Made by a program: the position numbers and the translations under genes
Shown: piece after piece, positions 54,150 to 63,368 of the stretch
Layout of the letters: every line of letters begins with the position of its first letter
How positions within the stretch are numbered: the stretch's first letter is position 1
Origin: Candidatus Tayloriibacteriota bacterium
GTDB taxonomy: Bacteria; Patescibacteriota; Minisyncoccia; Phycocordibacterales; PALSA-1337
Direction: 5' to 3'
Assembly: GCA_943350765.1 (NCBI GenBank)
Contig: CALRAJ010000002.1
Span: forward strand, 7,994 to 71,993
DNA: 64,000 nucleotides
Notes under the pieces: model-generated
What the model was told of the DNA's origin: nothing
The model's database searches: none
What the model saw: only the letters and a program-made list of their open reading frames with translations

Positions 54150-55199
54150 ATGAAAAAAATAAAAGTTGGGATAAATGGTTTTGGTCGGATTGGGCGGGCG
54201 TTTTTGAAGGTGGCACGAGAGCGAGCCGATGAACTTGAGGTAGTGGCGATCAATGATTTAGGTGATATTAAAAGTTTTGCTTATTTGCTCAAGTATGACA
54301 CAGTGTATGGTGTGAGTGATTTTGAGGTATCTGTGAAGGCAGATAATACTGCACTGATTGTGGGTGGTAAGGAGATTGTGTTTGTGAGTGAACGCGATGC
54401 GACCAAGCTTCCGTGGGGCAAGCTAGGGGTGGATGTGGTGGTAGAGTCGACGGGGCTTTTTACTAGTTTTGAAAAAGCACATGTCCATATTACGGCTGGG
54501 GCAAAGAGGGTGGTGATTTCGGCTCCTGCAAAGGATGAGGTTGGTGTTGCTGGTGCGCCGGCTGTAGCAGGTGAGACCGTCCTCATGGCAATGAATGAAG
54601 AGAAGCTCGCGACCTGCCAGATCACTTCAAATGCATCATGTACGACAAATGCTGGCTCGCCCCTCCTCGCCATTCTCGATGAGGCACTGGGTATTGAAAA
54701 AGCTTTGCTCAACACTGTGCATGGATACACCGCTAGCCAGTCTCTAGTCGACGGTCCAAACAAAAAAGATTTCAGGGATGGGAGAGCGGCGGCACAAAAT
54801 ATCGTGCCGTCTTCTACGGGCGCAGCGATTGCCGTGACCAAAATCATGACACATCTCAAGGGACTTTTTGATGGTGTGGCAATGCGTGTGCCAGTGGTGA
54901 CGGGGTCTATTGTAGATGTGACATTTGTGTCAAAGAAAAATACTACTACTGAGGAAGTTAATGCGATTTTGAAAAAGGCATCAGGAGACGCGCGTTGGAA
55001 AGGTATTTTTACGGTTACTGAGGAGCCTCTCGTCTCATCTGACATCATCGGCAACCCTCACGCCTCTATAGCCGACCTAGCTTTTACTCGTGTCGTAGGG
55101 GGTAATCTAGTAAAAGTCATGGCGTGGTATGATAATGAGATGGGGTATACGCATACCCTCGTCGAGCATGTGATTAAAGCGGGGAGGTTAATTAAATAA
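54150..55199 (+). CDS. gap: Glyceraldehyde-3-phosphate dehydrogenase (start refined from 54072)
   Basis: KVGINGFGRIGR NAD-binding, active-site SNASCTTN. Confidence 0.9.
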   Translation: MKKIKVGINGFGRIGRAFLKVARERADELEVVAINDLGDIKSFAYLLKYDTVYGVSDFEVSVKADNTALIVGGKEIVFVSERDATKLPWGKLGVDVVVESTGLFTSFEKAHVHITAGAKRVVISAPAKDEVGVAGAPAVAGETVLMAMNEEKLATCQITSNASCTTNAGSPLLAILDEALGIEKALLNTVHGYTASQSLVDGPNKKDFRDGRAAAQNIVPSSTGAAIAVTKIMTHLKGLFDGVAMRVPVVTGSIVDVTFVSKKNTTTEEVNAILKKASGDARWKGIFTVTEEPLVSSDIIGNPHASIADLAFTRVVGGNLVKVMAWYDNEMGYTHTLVEHVIKAGRLIK

Positions 55200-55206
55200 T
55201 TCAAAA

Positions 55207-55545
55207 ATGAAAAATATATCACTTTATAAATTTCTTTTGCCACTTAGTGTTATAATGCTTGCAGTAGGAGCTATCATTTTCTTTTTAGGGTATTTACCCG
55301 GTTCAGACTTGGGTTATGCTACAGGGGTGATTTGTGGAGGTCTCCTGTTTTTTGGACTTATATTTTTTGTCATAAGTCTTATTGATTCAGCAATTAGTCG
55401 TAAACGTGCTATTGCCGAGGGACAGGGAACTTCTCCTGTTCAAGGGTCACATTCAGTACTTAAATATACTGGCATCGCAATCATCTCTATTATTGTGGTT
55501 TTTTGTGCAATCATTTTCTATATAATGAGTACTATGTGGGGCTAA
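55207..55545 (+). CDS. Small membrane protein (hypothetical)
   Basis: 112 aa, 3 TM helices. Confidence 0.35.
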   Translation: MKNISLYKFLLPLSVIMLAVGAIIFFLGYLPGSDLGYATGVICGGLLFFGLIFFVISLIDSAISRKRAIAEGQGTSPVQGSHSVLKYTGIAIISIIVVFCAIIFYIMSTMWG

Positions 55546-55567
55546 GACAATATTGTTTGCTTTATAA

Positions 55568-55711
55568 TTCGCAAGAAATGATAATGGGATAATGGCAATA
55601 ATAATAATTATGAGAATAATGGGGTCAAGAATAATGGGGTCAGCCACCATTAAATAAAAATGAAAAATGAGGGCTTCGCAAGAACGGTTCTTGCGAAGAG
55701 TTCTTGCGAAG
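55568..55711. repeat. Repeat cluster upstream of rpiB: ATAATGG(G) x4 / AATAATGGGGTCA x2 and TTCGCAAG hairpin plus tandem GTTCTTGCGAAG x2
   Basis: Direct repeats read from the sequence; hairpin CTTCGCAAGAAC-GGTT-CTTGCGAAG. Confidence 0.4.
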
Positions 55712-55731
55712 ATAGTCTCTAATAAACTAAT

Positions 55732-56181
55732 ATGAAAATCTACTTTGCCACCGATCACGCAGGGTTTGAACTCAAAAATGTACTCGTCGAGTATGTGAAG
55801 AGTCTTGGTTTTGAAGTGGAAGATTTCGGAGCAAAAAGTTTTGACAAGGAGGATGATTATCCAAATTTTATTAAACTAGCAGGGCAAGCGGTTTCGGCTG
55901 ATCCGGTAAATTCAAAAGCGATTGTACTGGGTGGCTCAGGGCAGGGTGAAGCTATAGTCTCAAACCGTTTTCACGGTGTACGAGCAGTGGTGTATTATGG
56001 TGGCAATTTAGAAACTATAAAACTTTCTCGAGAGCATAACGATGCCAACATTCTCTCTCTCGGTGCACGATTTTTGAATGTGGATGAAGCCAGGGAAGCT
56101 GTAAAACTTTGGTTGGACACGCCTTTTACTAGCGATGAGCGCCACTTGCGAAGAATTCAAAAAATTGAACAAATAAATTGA
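55732..56181 (+). CDS. rpiB: Ribose-5-phosphate isomerase B
   Basis: MKIYFATDHAGFELKN...; RpiB/LacAB fold motifs. Confidence 0.85.
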   Translation: MKIYFATDHAGFELKNVLVEYVKSLGFEVEDFGAKSFDKEDDYPNFIKLAGQAVSADPVNSKAIVLGGSGQGEAIVSNRFHGVRAVVYYGGNLETIKLSREHNDANILSLGARFLNVDEAREAVKLWLDTPFTSDERHLRRIQKIEQIN

Positions 56182-56190
56182 GTTAAAATT

Positions 56191-56615
56191 CTCCCTTTGC
56201 AAAGGGAGTACCCGTAGGGGGAGGGATTTGTATGAAATTAGTCTACGGTCAAAATTTAAAACCTCTTGCTCAAAACCTCAGGAAGTCAGGTAATCTTTCG
56301 GAGGTTTTGCTCTGGAATGAGATAAAATCGAAAAAACTGGGTGTTCAATTTTTAAGACAGAAACCTATAGATAAATACATCGTTGATTTTTATTGTAATG
56401 AACTCAGTCTTGCTATAGAGATAGATGGTGTGAGTCACGATGTTAAGGTTGATGCCGACACCAGAAGGCAAAATGTGTTAGAATCTAAGGGTGTACGATT
56501 TATTAGGTTCAGTGATTCAGATGTTAAGTGTAATCTAGAAAGTGTAGTAAGGGAAATCAAGGAATTTATCGAGAGTAAAAATCCCTCCCTTTCAGGTGCT
56601 CCCTTTAAAAAGGGA
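56191..56615. mobile_element. DUF559 endonuclease cassette bounded by about 39-bp imperfect terminal inverted repeats
   Basis: Left CTCCCTTTGCAAAGGGAGTACCCGTAGGGGGAGGGATTT; right AAATCCCTCCCTTTCAGGTGCTCCCTTTAAAAAGGGAG. Each end is a hairpin plus an 11-bp GGGAGGGATTT / AAATCCCTCCC inverted repeat. Confidence 0.5.
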
Positions 56616-56621
56616 GAATAA
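56232..56621 (+). CDS. DUF559 (Vsr/MutH-like fold) endonuclease-domain protein
   Basis: YIVDFYCNELSLAIEIDGVSHD, the diagnostic DUF559 block; the C-terminus reads through the right TIR. Confidence 0.7.
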   Translation: MKLVYGQNLKPLAQNLRKSGNLSEVLLWNEIKSKKLGVQFLRQKPIDKYIVDFYCNELSLAIEIDGVSHDVKVDADTRRQNVLESKGVRFIRFSDSDVKCNLESVVREIKEFIESKNPSLSGAPFKKGE

Positions 56622-56640
56622 TAACTAATAACTATCAACC

Positions 56641-57315
56641 ATGTCCATCTCAATCATTCCCGCAATCCTTCCAAACAGTTTCAAAGAACTTGAGGAAAAA
56701 ATGACTCAAGTAAATGGACTTGTACCTATGGTACAGGTAGATATTTGTGATGGAAAATACACCCCAAAGGCTACTTGGCCATATCGAAAGCCCGATAACT
56801 CTTTTGATGCTATGATGCGTGAGGAAAGAGGCATGCCGTTTTGGGAAGAACTTGATTTTGAAGTTGACCTCATGGCTCGTGATCCAGAAGTGCTTGTGTT
56901 GCAATGGGTAACAGCAGGTGCTAAAAGGATTATTATCCATGCAGATTCGACAGAAAAGCTTGGTGAAGTCATAGCGATGTGTAAAGATTTGGTAGAAGTA
57001 GGGGTGGCTGTCGGATTTAATACACCACTTGAAAAGATTTTGCCGTATGTAGCAGATATTTCGGTAATCCAGTGTATGGGAATAGGTAGGATTGGTTTTC
57101 AGGGCGAAGTATTTGATGATAGAGTTTTTGATAAAATACATGAAATCCGCACAACACTACCCGAGATGGAGATAAGTGTAGATGGCGGTGTAAATCTTGA
57201 AAATATAGATCAGCTCATTGACGCAGGAGTGTCTCGTCTCGTCGTCGGCTCAGCTATTTTTGGTGAAATCGATATCCACAAAGCCATTAGTGATTTTCAA
57301 GAACGGGCAGTATAA
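56641..57315 (+). CDS. rpe: Ribulose-phosphate 3-epimerase
   Basis: SIIPAILPNSF...VQVDICDGKYTP, HADSTE, GFNTPLE; Rpe TIM-barrel motifs. Confidence 0.85.
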   Translation: MSISIIPAILPNSFKELEEKMTQVNGLVPMVQVDICDGKYTPKATWPYRKPDNSFDAMMREERGMPFWEELDFEVDLMARDPEVLVLQWVTAGAKRIIIHADSTEKLGEVIAMCKDLVEVGVAVGFNTPLEKILPYVADISVIQCMGIGRIGFQGEVFDDRVFDKIHEIRTTLPEMEISVDGGVNLENIDQLIDAGVSRLVVGSAIFGEIDIHKAISDFQERAV

Positions 57316-57322
57316 TATAGAC

Positions 57323-57601
57323 ATGCAAAAAAAGTCTCAAGGTTTAAAAAGTAAGGGTGTGATGACGCTCGATAAACTTGCTGGTATGATGGCAAATGGT
57401 TTTTCAAATTTGGAGGAGAGGCTCGGTGGAAGAATAGATTCTCTTGAAAATAGAATAGACACTCTGGAGGACGGCATTTTGCAAAAGTTTTCTGGTCTTG
57501 AAAATCGCATTGATAATCTCGCTGAGGGTAAGGCTAGTCGAGATGAAGTGCATGTATTGAATACCCGAGTTATTCGTGTCGAGAAAAAACTAAGCATTTA
57601 A
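57323..57601 (+). CDS. Small coiled-coil protein with LENRIDxLxEG repeats (start refined from 57218)
   Basis: Repeats LENRIDTLEDG / LENRIDNLAEG; TATAAT 6 nt before ATG. Confidence 0.4.
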   Translation: MQKKSQGLKSKGVMTLDKLAGMMANGFSNLEERLGGRIDSLENRIDTLEDGILQKFSGLENRIDNLAEGKASRDEVHVLNTRVIRVEKKLSI

Positions 57602-57602
57602 A

Positions 57603-58469
57603 ATGTCTTTAGAATATTCAAAAGTAAAAGAGCTAGAGCTGAAGGCGAATGACATTCGTCAGTCGATCATTCAAATGTTGCTAGAGGCTGGCTCAGGACA
57701 CACAGCTGGACCACTTGATATGGCTGATATTTTTACTTATTTATACTTTCACGCCTTAAAACATAATCCTAAAAATCCTACATGGAAAGATCGTGATAGG
57801 CTTGTACTATCAAACGGTCATATTTGCCCAGTTTTGTATTCCACGATGGCACATGCGGGATATTTTCCAGTGGCAGAATTAAAGACTTTGCGTAAATTTG
57901 GCTCTAGACTACAGGGGCACCCCCATCGAGAGTGGCTTCCGTCACTTGAGACTAGCTCTGGTCCTCTCGGCTCAGGTCTATCTCAAATAGTGGGTATGGC
58001 ATTGGCAGACCGTATAGATAATGGACGCACTTCGGGCAAACAGTTTTATTGTCTCACAGGAGACGGCGAGCTCGATTGTGGACAGATCTGGGAAGCGGCA
58101 ATGCTTGCGGGTAAAGAAAAGATTCAGAATCTAACTGTGATTATTGACCGCAATAATATCCAAATCGATGGTTTTACTGAAGATATAATGCCGTTAAATC
58201 CTCTAGATGATAAGTGGCGAGCTTTTGGCTGGCATGTTCAGGAGATAGACGGTCATAATTTTGACATGATAGATGATGCTGTCGGGCAAGCACATGCGGT
58301 GTTTGATAGGCCGTCAGTGATTATTGCAAACACGATTGCAAGTAAGGGTGTACCAGAGTTTGAAAGACGCTTTGAATGGCATGGTAAACCACCAAATAAA
58401 GAGGAGGCAGATCTGGCTTTGAGGGAACTGAGAACATGGAGAGGGAAGATTAAGGGAGAGCATGAGTAA
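57603..58469 (+). CDS. tkt: Transketolase, N-terminal (TPP-binding) subunit
   Basis: GSGHTAGPLDMADIFTYLYF..., GDGELDCGQIWEA, split-TK N-subunit. Confidence 0.85.
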   Translation: MSLEYSKVKELELKANDIRQSIIQMLLEAGSGHTAGPLDMADIFTYLYFHALKHNPKNPTWKDRDRLVLSNGHICPVLYSTMAHAGYFPVAELKTLRKFGSRLQGHPHREWLPSLETSSGPLGSGLSQIVGMALADRIDNGRTSGKQFYCLTGDGELDCGQIWEAAMLAGKEKIQNLTVIIDRNNIQIDGFTEDIMPLNPLDDKWRAFGWHVQEIDGHNFDMIDDAVGQAHAVFDRPSVIIANTIASKGVPEFERRFEWHGKPPNKEEADLALRELRTWRGKIKGEHE

Positions 58470-58525
58470 AGTAGAAAACATCAGTAATCAGATATTAGAC
58501 GGTAGACACCGAACAATAAATTAAA

Positions 58526-59458
58526 ATGGAAGATACAAATAAAAAAAACAATTGGTTGATAAATCATAAGAAATATTTTTTTATCCTTATCGTCTTGATT
58601 ATTGTAGTTTTCTTAACTTTAAAGTATTCTACACCCCACTTTGCATTATCCCCAAATGAAACATCAGTAAAAACATATTTATTTCCTGTTGATTCTAGTG
58701 TGAAAGATCTTTTTATATCCATTCAAGCTAGTGGCAAGACTAGTGAAAAAGTAGCCGGTTATAAAACCGATCCATCTTATGAGCTTCTCGCAAAGCATAC
58801 GGGTGGAGAAATAATGGCGTGGACTCCAGAAGAATATCTAAAAATACCTTCAGAGCTTATTGGTATTGTAGCGAATTCAAATAGCGGGGATGCTCAAAGT
58901 ATTTTATTGGCAGATCATGAAGGTGGTGGGCAAAAATTAGAGGCACATATCCTTCAACCAAGTGGTAGAGATGTTTCCTTAGAGAATAATAATCCAGATA
59001 TACAATTTTTTAATTACAGTGGTGGTATTATTGCGAAAATCAGTAGGCCACAGCTAGGGAATTGGAAAATTGAAGTTCCAGAAAAATCAACTATTTCTAT
59101 TCGAGTGTCGGCACAGTCAGACATTTCTGTTTTAGGCTTTAGTGTTATGGAACTGAGACCAAGTCGTGAAAGCGGGACGGGCTATTTTTCTACAGATAGA
59201 GAGCCAAAGAAAGGCAGTAAGGAACAGCTAGGTATTACTTTGTATGGTAATAATTCAAAAGATCGACCTGAATTCGTATTGGTGTCAGTTGACGCAGGGG
59301 ATTTGGTGAAAGTAAACTTAGAAAATAATTATCAGAATACCGAAGTGATTGATTTGATGGGTCAAGTTGCAATTCCAAAAGCACCTTTTCGGGTTATGGT
59401 GAGGGGGCAAAATAAAGATGGGGGTTTTTATCAGAGAATGATTTCACGGATTTATTAG
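58526..59458 (+). CDS. Hypothetical membrane-anchored extracellular protein
   Basis: N-terminal TM; 280-aa extracytoplasmic region; no motif. Confidence 0.4.
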   Translation: MEDTNKKNNWLINHKKYFFILIVLIIVVFLTLKYSTPHFALSPNETSVKTYLFPVDSSVKDLFISIQASGKTSEKVAGYKTDPSYELLAKHTGGEIMAWTPEEYLKIPSELIGIVANSNSGDAQSILLADHEGGGQKLEAHILQPSGRDVSLENNNPDIQFFNYSGGIIAKISRPQLGNWKIEVPEKSTISIRVSAQSDISVLGFSVMELRPSRESGTGYFSTDREPKKGSKEQLGITLYGNNSKDRPEFVLVSVDAGDLVKVNLENNYQNTEVIDLMGQVAIPKAPFRVMVRGQNKDGGFYQRMISRIY

Positions 59459-59477
59459 GCATAAATAAGTAAATAAT

Positions 59478-59831
59478 ATGGAAATTATAAACAAAAAAAG
59501 ATATTGGTTGAGAGGGGGAGTTAGCCTATCGGTCACAATTGGGATTATTTATTCGCTTGCAGTTTTATATCAAAATTACTATATTCCAACTACTGATAAT
59601 TATGCATTGACTATTATACTTGTAATAGCCATACCATTATTGGCAACTATGTATTTATTTACAGGAATTTTTAATATTAGCAATAATGATACCTTATTTA
59701 TAGATTCATTTTTAAAAAATCACAAGTTCGCCGGTTTTATAATGGAACTTTTAATTGTAATTTTGTTTTATTTCATGGTAGGAGCACTTGTTGGATGGTT
59801 ATATGGCTTATATAAAAACAGAAAAAACTAA
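59478..59831 (+). CDS. Small membrane protein (hypothetical)
   Basis: 117 aa, 3 TM. Confidence 0.35.
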   Translation: MEIINKKRYWLRGGVSLSVTIGIIYSLAVLYQNYYIPTTDNYALTIILVIAIPLLATMYLFTGIFNISNNDTLFIDSFLKNHKFAGFIMELLIVILFYFMVGALVGWLYGLYKNRKN

Positions 59832-59837
59832 TTTTTT

Positions 59838-60857
59838 ATGCTCAACCCATCACAAAAACTTAATCCGAAACTCTGGGACAAAGATGTCGAACAAGCTCCG
59901 ATTCGAAAGGGTTTTGGCGAGGGTCTGCTCGCTGCGGCCGAGTCGGATGAGCGAGTAGTGGGACTTTGTGCAGACCTTACCGAATCGACCCAGATGCACT
60001 TGTTTAAGAAAAAGTTCCCAGATAGATTTATTGAAATGGGTGTGGCGGAGCAAAATCTCGCTTCGGTGGCGAGTGGTATGGCGGCGATGGGTAAAATCCC
60101 TTTCATTACCTCTTATGCTATGTTTTCTCCCGGACGAAATTGGGAGCAGATTCGCACCACTATTTGTTACAATGACATGCCTGTAAAAATAGCTGGCTCA
60201 CATGCAGGGATATCTGTGGGTCCCGACGGTGGTACTCATCAAGCTGTCGAGGATATAGCCCTCATGCGAGTCATACCTCGTATGGTCGTGATATCACCCT
60301 GCGACGCTATTGAGGCAAAAAAGGCTACTGAGCTTTCTGTTAAAATTCATAACCCAGTCTATATTCGTCTTGCCAAGCAAAACACACCCATTATAACTAC
60401 CCTAGAAACTCCATTTGAAATAGGCAAAGCTCAGGTATTTTTTGTTTCAATAGACTACGATGCTGTATCTATAAAAAAGGGAAGGGTGGGGATAGTGGCT
60501 ACTGGGGCATTAGTCTATAAAGCCTTGCAAGCTGCGAGAAAGCTTGATGCGGAGGGTATTTTAGTAAAAGTTCTCAATTTGGCAACTATAAAACCACTAG
60601 ACACAGAGGCTATAGAAACACTCGCTAAAGAGACAGGGGGAATAGTAACAGTTGAGGAACATCAGGTTGCTGGAGGCATGGGAAGTGCTGTGGCAGAGCA
60701 TCTGGCACAGACTGTACCTGTGCCTATCGAGTTTATCGGGGTGCAGGATCAGTTTGGTCAGTCTGGCACACCAGAGGAGCTACTTTCTCACTATGGAATG
60801 GGAGAGACGGATATTATTGAGGCGGTAAAAAGACTTCTAGAAAGAAAGCCGTTTTAA
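59838..60857 (+). CDS. tkt: Transketolase, C-terminal (pyrimidine-binding plus C-domain) subunit
   Basis: GVAEQNLASVASGMAAMG, GPDGGTHQAVEDIALMRVIP; split-TK C-subunit. Confidence 0.85.
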   Translation: MLNPSQKLNPKLWDKDVEQAPIRKGFGEGLLAAAESDERVVGLCADLTESTQMHLFKKKFPDRFIEMGVAEQNLASVASGMAAMGKIPFITSYAMFSPGRNWEQIRTTICYNDMPVKIAGSHAGISVGPDGGTHQAVEDIALMRVIPRMVVISPCDAIEAKKATELSVKIHNPVYIRLAKQNTPIITTLETPFEIGKAQVFFVSIDYDAVSIKKGRVGIVATGALVYKALQAARKLDAEGILVKVLNLATIKPLDTEAIETLAKETGGIVTVEEHQVAGGMGSAVAEHLAQTVPVPIEFIGVQDQFGQSGTPEELLSHYGMGETDIIEAVKRLLERKPF

Positions 60858-60956
60858 GTTTTGGGTATGAGTTTTACACATTGGACTGCGGATTGACTTT
60901 TTGAAAGTAGTGTATAATGAAAGTATGTATTATTTAATGGTAATTGATTTTTAATT

Positions 60957-63353
60957 ATGGAAAATATAAAGTCCAAAGAGAGGGTGTCGTCCTTAGTTTC
61001 AAGACTCGATAAAGTAGCTTTTGCTATTCTTGTTGCACTGGTCTTTTTATTGCCAGTTTTTTTTATACCATCACTTTCTGTCCCTTTTCAACTTATGAAG
61101 ATGATTATGCTAGTCGTGGGAGTATTGGTAACTTTTTTGTTATGGCTAGTCGCGAGAATTAAAGAGGGGGTCATTTCTTTTCCAAGAACTTTTGTGTTAC
61201 TTTTTGCAGTATTAATACCGATTTCATTTTTTGTCTCAGCTTTGACGATAGATCAAAAAGTGAGTTTGCCAACGGCTTTTCTTGGGCAAGGTGGAGAGCT
61301 TGGAACTGTCGGAGCAATGATTATTTTATCATTATCGATGTTTTTGGTTATAATGATTGTTCGTTCTAAATCCAGAATAAAAAGTATCTTTGTAGCTTTG
61401 TTCTCAGCTATCGCTGTAGTTTCTATTTTCGAAATTATAAGATTTATTCCCGGTACAAACTATCTTTCTTTCGGTATATTTACTGACAAAGCATTAAATC
61501 TAATAGGTAAGTGGAACGAGCTAGGCATTTTCTTTGGAATATCATTGATTTTATTGATGCTTACTTTGGAAACACTTGCTATGAAAAAAACTAGTAAGAT
61601 TTTGATCTGGATTGCATACACTATATCACTCGCTTTGTTTCTCGTTGTTAATTTTGGTTTATCTCTTTATGTAATTGGTCTGGTTTCACTATTTTTATTC
61701 GTATATCTTTATGTGTTCAATAAACAAGTGTTGGTAAAGGTAGCCGATAGTGATGTAGAATCCTTGCCTAAAAATACATCAGATATAAAAACCCGATTTC
61801 CTATTAGTCCGATCATCACATTTGTTATTGTTTTAGTTTTTATTATTGATGGGTTTATTGCTGGTGCACCAGTTCATTCGAAACTTTTTCAAAAGTTTCA
61901 GGTAAATCAGGTAGAAGTATCTTTGCCATGGAGTGCGACAATAGATGTAACACAAAGCTCACTAAAAGCGGATCCAGTTTTCGGTATTGGCCCAAATAGA
62001 TTTATAAATCGTTACCTTGTTTCTAAGCCTTTAAGTATAAATAATTCTGATTTCTGGGGTGTGGATTTCAATTACGCAACAGGTCTTTTGCCTAGCTTCG
62101 TTGTTACTTCTGGCTTAATTGGTACAGTCGCGTGGCTTCTTTTTCTGGTATCATTTTTCTATCTCGGATTTAAATATCTTTTACTAGGAGCGAGTACCAA
62201 TAGATATCTTACAGTATCCTCTTTTTTGATTTCAGGTTATCTCTGGCTAATCAGTATTTTCTATGTTCCAAACATCGTATTGTTTGCATTTGCGTTTATG
62301 TTTTCGGGGTTATTTATTGCCACTCTAGTTCAGGAAAAAACAATTAAAACCTCCTCTATTGGATTTCTCAAGAATCCAAAAGTCGGGTTTGTTTCAGTCC
62401 TCGTTCTGGTTTTAATTATAATTATCACTCTTGTTGGATTGTATAAATATAGTCAAAGATTTATTTCTGGATATTATTTTCAAAAAAGCCTTGTCGATTT
62501 AAATGTAAATAGCGATATTATTTCCGCTGAAATGAATATGCTCAAGGCAGTGGATCATTCAAGGCTCGATTTATATTACCGATCACTTGCAGAGCTTAAC
62601 CTATTTAAAATCGATAGACTTTTTGCAACAACAAGTACCAATAAGGAGTTGAACACTCAGTTATTAAGTCAATTTTCTATTGATGCATTTAATAATGCAA
62701 AAGAGGCAAAGTTGGTAGATCCTCTAAACTATCAAAACGATGCATCTCTGGCTCGTATATATGAGTTTTTTGTACCGCTAGGGGACACAGCAGCTTATCA
62801 GGCCGCAACGAGTGTTTACCTGGAGGCAGTAAAGCTCAACCCAGGAAATCCTGCTTTATTTCTTACGCTTGCAAGACTAGAGATTACAAACAAGAAGTTG
62901 GATGAAGCAAAAAAGTATATTGCAAAAGCACTTGAAATCAAAGCTAATTACGGCGAAGCACTCTTTTTGCGATCACAAATAGAAGCAACGAATGGCGATA
63001 TAAAGTCAGCGATAGCTACGATGATATCTGTGGCATCACTTTATCCATCTGATCCAAATGTATTCTTTGAGCTTGGTAAGCTTCAATACGCAAACAAGGA
63101 TTATGTCTCAGCAATGCCTTCTTTCGAAAGAGCAGTGATTTTAAATCAATACTATTCAAATGCTAGATATTTCCTTGGTCTTACTTATTCAAATTTAGAT
63201 AAAGATGATTACGCCATAACCCAGTTTGAAATTATTAAAAAGATTGACCCAAACAGTAAGGGTGAGGTGGATCCAATCATTACGAATATAAAAGCTGGGC
63301 GCGCACCACTAAGTAAGCCAGTCGTGAAGACTGAAACGACAAAGAAAAAGTAG
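60957..63353 (+). CDS. O-antigen ligase-like multi-TM protein with C-terminal TPR repeats (second copy of this architecture)
   Basis: 798 aa; N-terminal 500-aa polytopic domain; C-terminal TPR-like repeats (NPGNPALFLTLARLE..., YGEALFLRSQIE...). Confidence 0.65.
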   Translation: MENIKSKERVSSLVSRLDKVAFAILVALVFLLPVFFIPSLSVPFQLMKMIMLVVGVLVTFLLWLVARIKEGVISFPRTFVLLFAVLIPISFFVSALTIDQKVSLPTAFLGQGGELGTVGAMIILSLSMFLVIMIVRSKSRIKSIFVALFSAIAVVSIFEIIRFIPGTNYLSFGIFTDKALNLIGKWNELGIFFGISLILLMLTLETLAMKKTSKILIWIAYTISLALFLVVNFGLSLYVIGLVSLFLFVYLYVFNKQVLVKVADSDVESLPKNTSDIKTRFPISPIITFVIVLVFIIDGFIAGAPVHSKLFQKFQVNQVEVSLPWSATIDVTQSSLKADPVFGIGPNRFINRYLVSKPLSINNSDFWGVDFNYATGLLPSFVVTSGLIGTVAWLLFLVSFFYLGFKYLLLGASTNRYLTVSSFLISGYLWLISIFYVPNIVLFAFAFMFSGLFIATLVQEKTIKTSSIGFLKNPKVGFVSVLVLVLIIIITLVGLYKYSQRFISGYYFQKSLVDLNVNSDIISAEMNMLKAVDHSRLDLYYRSLAELNLFKIDRLFATTSTNKELNTQLLSQFSIDAFNNAKEAKLVDPLNYQNDASLARIYEFFVPLGDTAAYQAATSVYLEAVKLNPGNPALFLTLARLEITNKKLDEAKKYIAKALEIKANYGEALFLRSQIEATNGDIKSAIATMISVASLYPSDPNVFFELGKLQYANKDYVSAMPSFERAVILNQYYSNARYFLGLTYSNLDKDDYAITQFEIIKKIDPNSKGEVDPIITNIKAGRAPLSKPVVKTETTKKK

Positions 63354-63368
63354 TTACTGTGAAAAATA

